From positions 240,002,001 to 240,066,000 of the forward strand of contig OZ024740.1 of the NCBI GenBank assembly GCA_964016885.1: 64,000 bases of DNA. Reading direction: 5' to 3'. Every line of letters begins with the position of its first letter. The stretch's first letter is position 1. The DNA is from Eledone cirrhosa (lineage: Eukaryota). This document shows, one piece after another, positions 40,444-55,530 of this stretch. A model generated the notes under the pieces. The model was given only the letters and a program-made list of their open reading frames with translations, searched no databases and was not told where the DNA came from. The translations under genes were made by a program, and so were the position numbers.

Positions 40444-40697
40444 TCTATTTATTACTAAAGCTTGGTTGTCTGTAATGTAATACAGCAAAAGGGTGCATAA
40501 TGGGAAACTACTTTGAAAGGAAGTTGACCCTGAAATGGGAATACAAATGGAATAAAACAAGTTTCGCGAAAATCGAAGCACGAGTTCCTGATATACAGGG
40601 TTGTTCTGGGTACCTTCATAAACAGAGTGAGAGAAAGATAGAGAGGAAGAGATAGTGGTTGAGAGAGAGGGAGAGGACACAGAGAAGGAGAATGGAC

Positions 40698-40780
<83 letters not shown>

Positions 40781-41023
40781 GTTGGCGTTGTTGTGTATAT
40801 ATATTATATGTGAGTGTGTGTGTGTATATGTGTGTGCGTGTGTCTATGACCAGTGTATATAGATCACAGACACCCATATATATATATATATATATACACA
40901 CGCGGGCCTTCCAATTTCATTTCTCATTATATACATGTCTGTGTATATTTAATTATTTAAACATTATTTTAAAGTGAACATATTTTGAAGTGAACGTGAC
41001 CCAACGGGTCACAGGTGGTCTAG
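40444..41023 (+). mobile_element. Probable non-autonomous Helitron
   Basis: 5' A|TCTATTTATTACTAAA; subterminal hairpin gtgaccc-aac-gggtcac (40996-41012); 3' CTAG|T; internal microsatellites. Confidence 0.65.
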
Positions 41024-42332
41024 TATTACATATGACGTCATTCCTTTTGCTTAAATCCGTAATGAGATCTGTCTTTGAGCCCCCATATAGAGGCTTAATT
41101 AGTTGGACGTATATACCCTATGTATTATGCTGTTGGTGTGTAGTCCTACGTTAGTCTGGATTGACCAAATTTATGATTAAAGACCTTCCAACAAGTTATG
41201 TATCAGAACTACATCCGTCTTTTTTTATCTAGGGTGCTGTGCTTTGAAGCAGATGTCGCTACTATCTCCAGGAGATCGAGCGACCACATACAGACTCATT
41301 TATTAGCTCTATTATAATTTCGTAATTTTCAGAGGTAATTTTCAACGACTATAAAAAATTCACTGCAATCTTTTGAAAGAAATCGATATTTATTGGCGAC
41401 CAAATGAATATCATAAGCTGAGTAGAAAAACTGCTGACTATAGTGACAGTAAATGTTGTAAATTTTACATGAGGTTTACTTTATGATATTTAAGCAGCAA
41501 GCATGGATTTAATGAAAATTTAATTGGAATGCAGCATAACTATTCCTTATTTGTAAATATAGGAATTTCTATTTACTATTTTCAATTCTTTGAACTATTT
41601 GTGTCCTACATATTTTACCATTTAAATGTCTAAAGGGCATGTTTTTGACATTTTGATATTATTTGGTTGATATCTGCAAAGGCCAAAGATACCATTCTGT
41701 ATCTGTTCTTCACTAGTTGACTTATAAGAAGGTATATAACATTTCAAGTCTATATACATGTTTTTTTTCTTACGTGTGAATTGGCACAATTGAGCATATT
41801 TAGATTATCATTGAATATGGTACAAATATCTGAGTATGAACACACACACAGACAGATAGACACATACATACGCATACATGCACGCACGAATATGTATATA
41901 TGATGGCTGCGACTCGACTTCGAGTAATGCAATCGCATGATACTTAAGCATGAGTATCACGGACGTGGCTTTTTAGTCATGCTAGGGACTTGCCTATGGC
42001 CAGTAATACCATGCATCGCAAAAATTATTGTATATCAAGCTTTTTTAAGTGAGGAAAGGCTTTGCACGGGGCCAATCCCATTCTCTGAACATCGATTGCA
42101 TTTGCTCTAAAAGAAGAACTAGTCTACATCATTAGATGCAAAAGGAGTCGCAGGTTTTATATCAGGTCGGTCTTCAGCGCTACTGGTAACATGTTACCCA
42201 GTACAACATGTGCATGTCGGATCGCCGACGACTAAACCGCCAACCCCCAAGTTTTCTTGGTGAGGAGGGTGATTTGGACACCCTGTGATATGAAAAACAT
42301 GCATACATGTATGTATACATACATACATATAT

Positions 42333-42934
42333 GGTGGCTGCCAACTCGTTTTCGAGTACGGCCACTACTTTATATCCACGTAGGAGAACTCCTACCGATG
42401 CGCTGAACGAGTGTGACTTTTTAGTCCAGCCAGCGACTTGAAAACTCTGGTACAAATACTACACTTGTGACAATTATTGACACAGTGCTGGGCCCATGGT
42501 ACCATGTGACGACAGGTGCAGAGAGATCTCCAGATATAAAGCAATGCCTGTGCCGTGAAGCTTTTATAGTGAGCAAAGGCACTGCACAAAGCCAGTCCCA
42601 CTCTCTTAACCAAGATGATATTTACCAAAAGGAAGAACAAGTCAACATCATTGGATACCATCAGGGTTGCAGGTGTTATATCAGAGTTTTCCTTCTCCTA
42701 GAATTCTACCTTGACAAAGGCTAAGGGGTCATCTCTCCCGGTGATTTTGGATGGCAATTGACTCTTAAGAGCTCCTTTGCCCTTTGACAGGTTTTGGTTT
42801 TAGTCCTGCAGGATGTCCAAAGTCACCGTCCTCACCAAGAAACCTTGATGGGGTTGCCAGTTTAGTCGCCAACGACCCGACCATGAGGCTGTACTGGGAT
42901 ACATGCTACCAGTAGCACCAACTGGTGACCTGAC
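42333..42934 (-). mobile_element. Non-autonomous RTE derivative (second full copy), followed by a partial copy at 43029-43202
   Basis: Near-identical to 3911-4518; flanked by (CATA)n; older related pieces at 41903-42300. Confidence 0.8.
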
Positions 42935-43616
42935 ATACATACATACATACATACATACATACATACATACATACATACATACATACATACATACATACAT
43001 ACATACATACATACATACATACATACATGGTGGCTGCCAACTCATTTTCGAGTACGGTCACTACTTTATATCCATGTAGGAGAACCCCTACCGATGCGCT
43101 GAACGAGTGTGACTTTTTAGACCAGCCAACGACTTGAAAACTCTGGTACAAACACTACACATGTGACAATTATTGACACATAGTGCTCGGCCCATGGTAC
43201 CACACACACATACATACATACATAGAATATATAATATAATTGATATAACATCTATGCAAGTGCATATACATATGTGCAAGTGAGTGTGTATGAGTGATTG
43301 CGTGTGTGTGTGTTATTTTTGTACTGTCTAAAGAGATTAATTAATGAAGACAAGCCTGTGCATGTTTTCTTACAACTTGAACGATCAAAGAGAATTCAGT
43401 TGATTGTTGACAGTGTTGATTCCGTGAGGTTTACTGGAGGCAATCGACTTGCTAACACTACCTAACTACTATCTGACACAGCATTATATCTTATCGTGGC
43501 AACTAATATCAACTACGGAGCTTCTACATTTGTGGAGTGGGATTGAAATTAAAACCACGGAATTGAGAAGCGAACTTCTATATTGTAGAGATAATATATT
43601 CTTACTAGATACATTA

Positions 43617-43830
43617 CGAGGCTCGGCTGTAAAGTTCATAGGCTGAAACGTTCTTAGGCTGACCAAGACACTCTCATCGAATGACCAAATGAGGTTTATT
43701 TTTCATCATACTTCCTGAAAAGAAACAATGAAGTTATTAATAAGAAAACTTAAAACTAATGCATACAAGATTTCACAGCGCTAGCATCGCTCCTTCATAA
43801 TCAGCCTATGAACTTTTCAGTCTACCCTCG
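43617..43830. mobile_element. Tc1/mariner MITE (214 bp)
   Basis: 30-bp TIRs cgaggctcggctgtaaagttcataggctga / tcagcctatgaacttttcagtctaccctcg (26/30 match); TA on both sides. Confidence 0.88.
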
Positions 43831-44229
43831 TATGTCTAAACAAAATAGTCAGGATAGTCACAACTGAAACATCTTTAATCATATGTTTGCTAGATTATTA
43901 TTACTAGATGATTATTGACTGATTATTGACAAGAAACATGAACCATTTCATTTCACTATTGATATAATTGAATGGTGACACGCAGTCTAATGGTTATGGT
44001 GTGCGTCTCACAATTGTAAAGTCGTGTAAAGATCAACGTTGCTCCAGTTCAGTCGGTTAGAAATGAAGACTAGTATGAATCTTGTTCTCTCAGGAGCTTA
44101 ATGCCACATGAGACCAGGATAAGCGCTGGCCAGCATAGAAAATCGAACAAAAACTACTAAAAATATTTAATTATTATATAACATTCATATTTCTCACCAC
44201 ACTTAAACTATCAATATAAACAATATCAG

Positions 44230-44485
44230 TGAGCCTACTCAAGCGGTCATTCGATCTGCTAAAATTAGCAGCCAAACCTCACTTAAGTCGTGCCCTACCG
44301 TCTTACAAAATGAAAGGTCACATTAGATAATGTAGTTCTAAACACTTTGTCTGTATAAAAGATACTATGGTCACAGTTGGAATGCATTTGATCAAAGATC
44401 TGCTCAATTCCTATATAGCATCTTAGATGTGAGTGGAGTTATAATAGAACACATGATCATGGCTGGTTTGAGACTAAACAGCAAC
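44230..44485 (+). repeat. Representative copy of an old dispersed SINE-like family (gacctgctagaaatagcagccaaa...ctaaacaac)
   Basis: Diverged copies at about 626-700, 2528-2660, 19245-19435, 19583-19750, 20786-21180, 29591-29850(-), 41130-41295(-), 44765-44960, 45172-45365(-), 63330-63490(-). Confidence 0.7.
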
Positions 44486-46127
44486 ATCAGCAAAGTGGTA
44501 TTCGAGGATATTTAGCCTATTATCATTTCAGTGGTTTATGATATTACTGTAGGCTAAAACACAAAATTGATTTGAAAGAGAAATATAATTGATAGGGCAA
44601 TTTGACAAACTTTCTACTATATTCATATTCATATTGAGAGGTCGAGCATTGACAAAACAAATTTCCTTCAAAATCATCTTTGCTTTCACTAATAGCAATA
44701 ATATTCATAATAATTTACTAACTTAATCTTGAACATATTGGAAGACACTTTTAAACAGCGAATCAACGGGGAATTCCTATGGGTCTAGTGACGTAATAGA
44801 ACTAACAATCGAAAAATCCCTCAAATTACATGTTTTTGTCTTTAAAAGAGAACGGTGTATTTATTGAGACGCAAAAAGACGAGATGATCACGACTAGAAC
44901 TCTTTTGATCATATGTCTGCTCAATCGGAGATGATCTAGGACTAAACCCCAAAACATAACATTTCAGTTATTACCAGTATAAATAAAATGTTAATACACG
45001 ATCCAGATTATGGAGCTAACGTATTGGTGTACGTTTGGTTATATTCTGTTGACAGATATCGTTATAAAGTGAGCAGAGTATATAGAATCAGTAAAATTGG
45101 AACATTATCAATACAACTGATAAAAGTATATTAGGTATGAATCGTAATTAAAAATAGATAAGTTACTATTTCTCATGTTTAGCTACAGATTTGCCCTGAT
45201 TCAGCAAAGATCAAAATCATTTCAGCTCTGACCATTTTGTTTTTCACCCAGACAAAATGCAGCCTAGTCTATGTTTTTTAAAGTGTCCTAAAATGTGGTG
45301 TAATTCAAGGGCTGTTTTGGCTGCTATTTCTAGTGTGTGAAGAGACCATATGACAACAAGGAGTGTATATAGCCATATATGTTTTGTGATGATGTAGAGG
45401 ATTATATTTCTGATGATGCATATGGTTGAAACAAAAAAGAAATTGTGATTAGACATCGTTACAAAGTTATGTATATTTTGGTCGTGGGAAATAAAAAAGT
45501 CTTTGGTTTTGAAATTCAGAAATTTTGATGACTCAATAACAATAATAAATCATGTAGAAGTCTTTTATCTCAGTGATATCAATAAGTAAATATTCATAAG
45601 AGCTATTGTCAATGACGTATAGGGAATGAGTAGCTTGTTTCAAGAGGAAATGGAGTTTTATTAGTAATTTAGACTATTCACAATACAGTTAAAACCAACA
45701 ATTTCCAGTTATTAAGTGTCCAGTCATTTTTGTATAGAAACTATAAATTTCTATCATTAATATGTCTGCCAAACGAATTATCAGACCAAATCCTTGTCTT
45801 CAATAATAACATAAGAGTTCCAGAATGTTTTTGTTAATATCTGTTTGTTAATAGTGTATAACAGAAATTTCGAAGAAAATTTCAAGTGGTTTTATTTCTA
45901 CGTGAAGCAAATAAACGAGTTACAATTGGTATTCTTTTTTTAATTTTATCATGTTATTATTTGTCTAACTATGCATGATTTATATCTTCAACAAGTTCTA
46001 CTTATAAATGTATGTGTATATGGATATTAATGCATCCACGTACATACGTACATACATACATGCATACATACATGCATACATGCACGCACACACACACACA
46101 CATACGTACATACTTACATAGTACATA

Positions 46128-46564
46128 TGTAGCGACGTGGTTAGTCGGTCTGGTCACTACTTCTGATCGGATCCGAGAATAGCTCTTAAAAGGACTGTTA
46201 TCGTATACGGTCTGATCGGATCTGAGGATAGCCCTTAAAAGGATTGTTGTCACATACGGTAAGGATGAACAGACGAAAGCACAAGTTGAAAGGACGATAC
46301 AGAGGTACAGAGGTACAAGGCGTGTGTGAGTGACAAGCGTGGCAGAGGAGAGGAACAACGATACGCGAGTTGACTCTGCCAAAGTCGACTGGCGAAAGTG
46401 TTTGGAATCACTCTATTTATACAAAAATAATCGTTTGATGTTTAGCCGCTGCGTAGGCGTTTTATTTTGGTGGCTTCAGGGTTGTTTGTTTCACGGTGAG
46501 GTAGCTAGCTAAGCAGATAGATGGAGCTGTTTATTTCGCAGATGTTATTTCCGGTGGCTGTACA
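46128..46564. mobile_element. Possible solo LTR
   Basis: TGTAG...TACA termini; 4-bp TSD cata on both sides; GC-richer than the flanks; internal 49-bp-period repeat tctgatcggatc..atagc.cttaaaagga.tgtt. Confidence 0.45.
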
Positions 46565-47048
46565 CATATATACAAGTATACATACATACACACACAATCA
46601 TACATATAAGCTCTTACACTACTGTTCTTGCTCCTCTGCGACTCCTCTGTTTTGTTCCATGTTCTCCATCTTCGAGTAAATAGAAAAAGCTCAAAAGAAA
46701 GAGGAGACAGAGAAGGACAAGAAAGAAGGGACAGAGAAGGACAAGAAAGAATAGTTATTGTGAAGGTCACAGAATGTGTGACGGAAGAGATTTGACAATT
46801 AAATATAACAATTAAATATAACAATTAAATATGACAATTAAACAGCCAATTAAACTAACGGAGAAATACATAAGACATAACGCCAACAATTTTGGTGGAG
46901 GAGAAAGTTGATTAAATAGACCCCAATGTGTTACTGGTACCTTATTTTATCAACACCTTGAGGGAGAAAGGCAAAACTAACATCAATGAGATTTGATACC
47001 GTAACTATATGCCGCAAACTGTCACTTCACCGCCATAATTACCTAACT

Positions 47049-47479
47049 AATAATTGTTTCTACTTTAGGCACAAGGCCAACAATTACTCAGTACATTACT
47101 GGTACTTTATTTTATCGCCCCCGTAAGGATGAAAGGCAAAGTTAACCTCGGCGGGATTTGAACTCAGACTGTAAAGGGATTTAACTATGCTAGAAGGCAT
47201 GGCGTCCAACCCTCTACCGATACTGCCAATTCACCGCCCTTAATTACCTAACTAATAATGGTTTCTTATTTAGGCACAAGGCCAACAATTTTTTGGGGGT
47301 GGGTGGGGGAGTCGATTAAATCGACTCCAGTGCGTGACTGGTACTTTATTTTATCGACCCCGTAAGGATGAAAGGCAAAGTTAACCTCGGTGGGATTTGA
47401 ACTCAGATCATAGAAGGCTGTAACTCTATGCCTCGAAGCATGGTGTCCGACGCTCTACCGATACTGCCAATTCACCGCC
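47049..47479 (-). mobile_element. Two tandem tRNA-derived SINEs (47049-47238, 47254-47479) sharing a triplicated target site
   Basis: aattacctaactaataa at 47037, 47242 and 47482. Confidence 0.95.
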
Positions 47480-47619
47480 CCAATTACCTAACTAATAATA
47501 AAACTGAGATGAAAATCAATTGTTGCGTGTGATTTTTTATCGGCAACGTGACCCTTCTGATATATAATAATATGTGTTTCAACACATCAAGAATCTTACA
47601 AAACAAATATATATATATA

Positions 47620-47871
47620 TGTGTGTATGTGTGTGTGTGCGTGTGAGGGGGTGTGCGCATGTGAGTGTGTCTGTATGTGTGCGTGTGAGTGTGTGCGTGT
47701 GTGCGTGAGTGTGGGTATGCGTGTGTGTGTGTGCATGTGAGTATGTGCGTGTGTGTGTGTGAGTCTGTGTGTGTATGTGAGAGAGATTGTATGTGTGTGT
47801 GTGTGTGTGTGTGTGTGGCCGTGTGTGTGTGTGTATGTGTGTGTGAGTATGTGTGTGTATGTGAGAGAGAT

Positions 47872-47939
<68 letters not shown>

Positions 47940-48218
47940 TCTGTGTGTGTATGTGAGAGAGATTGTATGTGTGTGTGTGTGTGTGTGTGTGGCCGTGTGT
48001 GTGTGTGTGTGTGGCCGTGTGTGTGTGTGAGTCTGTGTGTGTATGTGAGAGAGATTGTATGTGTGTGTGTGTGTGTGTGTGGCCGTGTGTGTGTGTGTGT
48101 GTGGCCGTGTGTGTGTGTGTGTGTGTGTGTGTGAGTCTGTGTGTGTATGTGAGAGAGATTGTATGTGTGTGTGTGTGTGTGTGTGGCCGTGTGTGTGTGT
48201 GTGTATGTGTGAGAGAGT
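47620..48218. repeat. Compound (GT)n minisatellite with an about 90-105 bp higher-order unit
   Basis: Recurring gtgtatgtgagagagattgtatg...ggccgtgtg. Confidence 0.9.
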
Positions 48219-48353
48219 ATCTATAGCGGCAAACTATACTGCAGTCTAAGAGGAGATGATGGCTACAATATGCCTCTTCGCCATAACGAGGCTTATAATC
48301 CAAGAAGATGTAATCAAAGTGACAGTAGTAGCCGTCCTAAAATCCCATTAAGA

Positions 48354-48543
48354 TAATTGTTTCTACTTTTGGCACAAGGCCAGCAATTACCCAGTGCATT
48401 ACTGGTACTTTATTTTATCGACCCCGTAAGGATGAAAGGCAAAGTTAACCTCGGCGGGATTTGAACTCAGAATGGCAAACACCGTAACTCTATGCGTCAA
48501 AGCATGGCGTCCGACCCTCTACCGATACTGCCAATCCACCGCC
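48354..48543 (-). mobile_element. Full-length tRNA-derived SINE with TSD
   Basis: ttaagataat on both flanks; A and B boxes. Confidence 0.95.
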
Positions 48544-49898
48544 CTTTAAGATAATACCATCTTATGCGACGTAATGCTGTTATGACTATAACTATCGCCA
48601 GCCACACGAAAGACTGTTCTGGAACAAATATAAAAAAACTACGTATATATTTATTTATATGTTCTATCACCAGAGATATGGTTGGAATATTGCTGTTAGA
48701 TATACCAGATATGTAAATACACCATGTCTGGTAGTGGTTTAAGACGGAAGACAAAAAATGTGGTAGCTGTTTGTGTTAGAAGGCAAACAGTTAGGATTAA
48801 CTGTTTCGAAACGAACATCTCATTGTAATTCCTATTTGTGTATATAATCATTTATGCCTTAGTTATGTTACTAAGTGTTTAACTTGTAACCTGGAAAATC
48901 TGAAGTCTTCAGACAAAGAAATACATCATTTAACTCTTATTCTGCAAATTCAAACGGAACATTAATGATATAGAGACTCTTCTTAAATTCAACATATGAC
49001 TATTATTGTTACTATATAAATGACAATGATGGATCTATGTTTCTTTGTTAGATGGATTCAGAATATTGAAAAGAAAACCAAAGATACATAACTACACTGT
49101 TCTCTTCATTTTCATTACAACTACTCATCACAATAGAAAAAGTTCACACCGAAGCCATCACACACCTAACAAATGTTACAAATAACTATCTTTGACGTGT
49201 TATGGACACTTCAATTACTTCAGGTTACGAACTAGTTCATGTCTCTTGTTTCTTCAATTCCAAGACATATATCGATTATGAACAGCTGCTTTCTCTTTAC
49301 AATACGTTAGAAACGGGAGATTTGCTCACAACTCTAATGATACATTGTTAAGTTGTGCGTAACTATTCCGTCTCTCCTACTGTACTTGAATAGTTCCCTC
49401 ATCTTATTTTAAACCTTCTTTATACTAACTTCAATGTCATGATGAGTCTCCGCTGAGAAAAATAAGGAATATGCAATTTTTAATTCATATGTATGTAACG
49501 TAGATTAAATTACTGCTTTGATATTAATGATAATGCATTTTTCATATCATTTTTAGATTATTCATCAGGGAACAGTTTCAATGTGGTATGAGTGTGGGCG
49601 AAGTGTTTACCGCTTCAGCTCTGGACATTTTATTCAAATTTATCCTTAAACTTTTCACATTCTTACTTCTGCCGAACTAGAACCTTCTGCAGAATCTATT
49701 TACCCTTCACAAATAACAGGTCTGGGGTTTCTGGAAGTCGCTCATAGAACTGAATTGAAAGTCATCCGGAATAAGCTCTCCTTTTAATCTGAGTCGATGC
49801 CTAGAGTCTCATGAAATAGCACTATACTCTCTGTGTAACATACCTAGATCATATATCCATATATATATCTGCCTGGAATAGTAGCTAGAATATTAATA

Positions 49899-50085
49899 GC
49901 AATAATTGTTTCTACTTTAGGCACAAGGCCAGCAATTACCCAGTTCATTACTGGTACTTTATTTTATCGACCCCGTAAGGATGAAAGGCAAAGTTAACCT
50001 CGGCGGGATTTGAACTCAGATCGTAAAGGGACGTAACTATGCTGGAAAGCATGGCGTCCGACCCTCTACCGATACTGCCAATCCA
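49899..50085 (-). mobile_element. tRNA-derived SINE
   Basis: Near-identical to 63061-63250; agcaataat on both flanks. Confidence 0.95.
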
Positions 50086-50964
50086 GCAATAATGTTTCAC
50101 AATATTCTGTTTAATTTGCATTTAGCCGAAGTTAAGAGAATTATTGGAGATTAGTAAGGCTCGTGCAATAAATAATTAAAGTGGTTTGTCTAATCCCACC
50201 TGCTGATTGGAGATTAGAGAACCGCCGATATAATTTGTGAGAGCTTTGTAAACAATATCATTTCTAGTACTTAACTAAATTCTATTATTTCTGTTTTGCC
50301 ATTCCAAGAACGCTGATCATGGGTTGTCGTCCATTAAATGCGATATCAATTAATGTAATGATACAATAAATTCAGTTTTTTTTATACAAGTGACAATTAA
50401 TTAGCGCAGAACTCAAATTTTGCTTTATTTATTTATTTTAAATAATTTATTTCAACCTGAATCTGACTTGCGTTTCTATTGGTGTGAACATAACAGCTAT
50501 CAGGTATGAATGTCAATCGATAAAATTTGCGATAAAATTTTAAATAATGTTAAAATATATGTAAAAAGTGTTTCGAGATAAATTAAGATTGTTTTTTCAA
50601 ACTTATCAATATTGAAAAGCAACTAAAGCAAACCTCATTATGTTCCAATAATATACAGAATCAGTTTATATATAAATATTTCAATAAATAAAAATAGAAT
50701 AATTTATATTTCAAGTCGTAATTATATCTGTGGTTCCCGTATAGCATTAAAAAGAAATTGTTGGTAACCACAACAAAACTAATTTAAGGAAAATGATGAT
50801 GCAGTACGAGTGGTTTCCTTAGACATGTTTACATCTATCGAAACTGCTGGTAATGTAGAAATATGTCAAACTGTTAATACAAATAATCTCAAATTCCTCA
50901 ATGTGTATTGATTGTTCTCTTTCTTTATTTATATCCACACACGCACACACACGTATATACATAG

Positions 50965-51034
<70 letters not shown>

Positions 51035-52119
51035 ATATACGCATGTGTATGTGTATACGTGCGTGTGATTCATAGTTATTTCGATTTTAGTTATAATCGA
51101 CGGGCTTCCGCACGGATTCCCTCACAAAAACTCATGGTTGTTACTTTGCACATTATATTTTTCTCGACATTGAAAAGGAACTGAAATAAAAGCATGACAC
51201 ACTCAGGCAATCTACACAGTTATATATGCCCGAAGATAAATATGATAAAGTTATTCAAGTTTCTACATGGCAGACTCCTAGACAAAATATGATGCAAACA
51301 TTCTAGAAGTTTGTCTTGCAATCTATCTGAATCAATGTTTAAACTATCAGATTTTCCTCTCTCGTCTTGCGTACGTTGTTAAGAAAATATAAATTGATAG
51401 ATTCCAGAAATGTGGATACGACACAATGGCGACGGATGTTCCAGTATAGTCACAAAGAACTACTCAATTGCTGTGTTCTGATTATTATCTGCAGGAAATT
51501 TCTGAGATTAACCACTCTGCCACATTCAAGTATTATCTTAAAATTATTCAATAGAAGTGTTTAAGCGAAAACAAACAACATACTGAAATATCAATGTGTT
51601 GAACATATTCCCATGAAAGGAGAGCCATCGAAATAAAGAGTACAATATTAATTTGTACGTGTTGAATAAGCACGTTCGCTAAAACGTGGGGGGAGATAGA
51701 ATTACTGTACAGCTTTTTCCTCTCTTTTGTATGCATTTGTGAACAATAGAACCGCAAGATATTTCTGTTCCAATAAGGTTTCCCACGGGCCAATCCCGTG
51801 TTGAATGCATTAGAAAAAAAGCGATTGGTAATCGTGTTCGTCTATGTTTAAGATTTAGATTCCATTCATATATGAGACCATTTGTCCGTTTATCTATCAG
51901 TTGGTAGGTGATATTTATAAAGTAACAAGAGATTAGCAATTCAAGCTTTATATATCATGATATATTGCAAACATTTAGAATGGGCACCAGCATCAGCTTA
52001 CTTGATCTATCTGTTCTCATATGGGATTGCAAAATAACCGCAAAATGGTGGTATTCTTTATAAATTCACTCAAGCATACGCAAACATATATACATCCATA
52101 TGTGTGTGGATGTGCACGC

Positions 52120-52175
<56 letters not shown>

Positions 52176-52232
52176 ATGTATGTATGTGTGTGTGTGTGTA
52201 TGTATATATGTGTGTGTGTATGTATATATGTG

Positions 52233-52280
<48 letters not shown>

Positions 52281-52281
<1 letters not shown>

Positions 52282-52432
52282 CATCATCATCATCATCATC
52301 ATCGTTTAACGTCCATCTTCCATGCTAACATGGGTTATATATTATGTATATATTTACATATATACATACAAATATATGTATGCATGTATATATGATGTAT
52401 GTATATATGCGTATATATATAATATATATAAT

Positions 52433-52474
<42 letters not shown>

Positions 52475-52538
52475 TCATCATCTTCATCATCATCGTTTAA
52501 CGTCCATCTTCCACGCTAACATGGGTTATATATTATGT
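52281..52538 (-). repeat. Duplicated retroposon 3' end with (TGA)n tail
   Basis: catcatcgtttaacgtccatcttcca.gctaacatgggttatatattatgt at 52297-52347 and 52488-52538. Confidence 0.6.
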
Positions 52539-53014
52539 CATATCGACTTGTATTAGTTTCTATAATATTTTATACCTGAATCATATGAGACCCTACATTA
52601 TAAACATATATATGTCCACCTATTTTCTAGCTTCTCTCTCTCGCTTTCGCTTTCACTCTTCAGCTATTCATTTAACTATCTTCTTTCTATTTAGCATGTT
52701 TCATACATTTGTGTCCAACAATTACTCAGTTATTTAAGTCTGTTACTGTCTAAGCAGGAATGTGATAGGGATATTTAGCGGAACATCAGTGGGCAATTTT
52801 ACTTGGTTTCTCTCGTTACATTGATATTCTATCATGATCTATTATCACGCATTTTCCCTATTCCACTGATCAGCTAACTCTCAAAGACAGCTGCTAACTT
52901 GATGTGATTACCATATTCATTGTCTTTACTATTATTAATAACCACCAATGCTGCCATTTTGTCAACATAACAACCATAAATAAATAGACACATATATACA
53001 TACACACATATGTG

Positions 53015-53058
<44 letters not shown>

Positions 53059-54628
53059 AGTATAATTGTATACATAATACCGGATTGCTAAACGCTCCAA
53101 ATCACCGTTAACAAAGGCAGCATTGGGTGAAGTCTCTCCGTGTTCAATTGAATTGCTAGAAATACAAGCTGCAGTCGGTACTAGAGTTTAAAAAAATCAA
53201 AGTCCTGTGGGACCTGAAACCTAAACAACTTTATTAATATTGATTTCTAACGCAAGGTCAGAGTTATGTTGAGCGGGAATTATCGAATTCAGAAACATGG
53301 ATGGGAAAGCTGACTCAGTGGGATTTAAAATCAGAATGTAAAGATCCAAAATAAATGACACAAGATATTTTGTATGATGACCTAACAATTCTTCCAATCC
53401 ACTACCAAATCAATCATAATGTAATTATAATGATGTTTATGTGACAATATATATAGGTGACTGAAAAACCACCCTTTATATCAACCTGCCCAAGTCAAAA
53501 TTCCCCACCACCGAATGTTAATATTGCAACCAAATATCTCACATATAACACCTTACGGTTATCGATATACAAAACGACGGATTTGTTAGCACTGGAACAC
53601 ATCTTTCATCAGAGCTGGGAATTGAGATAACGAAATACGCATTCATGGTCCCGCAACTTCTGAGGGAGTCCTAGGGGCACCGTATTGACATACGGCATTT
53701 CTATGGTATTTTAAAACTTGGCGGATCCCATCCCTCTCCAAGTCTGAATGCAGCAGATTTCTTCCAGGGTCTGTGAGAAAGGAAGTGAGAAAAAGATATA
53801 GAGGAAGAATCGACCCCAGTACTAGACTGGTACATTTTTATCGGTCTCGATTGGATGAAAGACAAAGTTGACCTCGGCAGGATTTGAACTCGGAAAACAG
53901 AGATCCGAAACCAATACCGCAAAGCATTCTATACGACGTTCTAAAGACTTTACTAATTCGCCGCCTATAACAAAATATATGGATTGCTAATATTGGCACA
54001 TGGGCCAAGATTTTGGGAGATGGTAGAGTCGATTAAATCGACCCCAGTATTTAACTGTATGAACCTCGGAAGAATAAAAGTAAAGTTGAACTACGGCTGG
54101 ATCTGTACCCCGAATATAAGGGATGGACTAAATACTGTAAAGCACAACAAATACAATAACAAAAATACTCATTGGCTTATTGTTATACTTCTATATATTT
54201 TCCTTTGCTATCATATTTAGCCTTTACTATCTGATTTAGTGTATAACATTTTGACCATAACTTCCATAGCCCTATATCTCAGGATGACACACAAAGTGAT
54301 AAGCACAAGTAATTAATTCAACAGAATAAACATAATTACAAGAGAGTATAATCTGCGTAAAACGCGGGGTTATCTAGTAAGTGTATATATCTAAGAATTG
54401 GAAATATAATTATGCAGGTCCTGCTTCTAATAATAGTCTAGTCACGAGACAGAAATCGTTTGGTATATATATAATCAATTTTAATAATAATTCTGACACC
54501 TGATATCCACCTCTATATATCTCTCACTCCCTCTGTCTCTACATATATATAAATATGTGGGTTTGAGCGTGCGGGCGTGCGCGCTTACGCGTGAGTGTAT
54601 TATATCTGTAGAAACAACACAAATACAG

Positions 54629-54691
<63 letters not shown>

Positions 54692-54694
<3 letters not shown>

Positions 54695-54845
54695 GGAAAA
54701 AATGAAACGAAATTTCATTTCCCACTCTTAGTACGGCAGTTACTTAAATATAAGTATGTACACGTACATACATATATGTATACATATAGAGTCCAGAATT
54801 AGCCGTCGAAACGGGTTGAGCTCAGCCGACGGGGTCTTACTGGTT

Positions 54846-54936
<91 letters not shown>

Positions 54937-55530
54937 AATAGAATGAAACGAAATTACATTTCTCACTTTTAGTACGGCACTTACTTAAATGTAAGTATGT
55001 ATGTATGTATACGTACATACACGTATGTATACTGACGTACAGTAGTATGTATATATATACGTACACGCACATATATATATATATATGCACGTATCGGTTT
55101 ACCGAACATTTATTATAATGTTCGGTTTGTTTGTAAACAAACAAACAGCCCGGATTACGCCGTACAGTGTTTAGGCAACCACGTCACCTTTTTGTTCAAC
55201 ACTGACACAGGAACGATGTACTAGTTTCAAGCTTATTAGCTATCGTCAGCCTCGTATACCCTCCTGCCAGATGGTTGAACGTCTGAAAGTATATACTTTC
55301 CTTATGCATATTAACGGCTGAGCAGCCTAATTTGCATATCGAGTGAGTTCAGTCGGCCGGGCACACCGAAAACGATAAATGGAATAGAATGAAACGAAAT
55401 TTCATTTCTCACTCTTAGTACGGCACTTACTTAAATGTAAGTATGCATGTATGTATACGTACATACACACATGTATACAGACGTACAGTAGTAGTATGTA
55501 TATATATACATACATGCACACATATATATC

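Noticed and set aside
45408-45445. CTGATGA...GAAAC match (also isolated CTGATGA at about 13787 and 21571)
   Set aside because: No stem II or stem III; chance matches
47620-48218. Repeat-spacer-like periodicity resembling a CRISPR array
   Set aside because: The spacers are GT microsatellite, the context is eukaryotic and there are no cas genes
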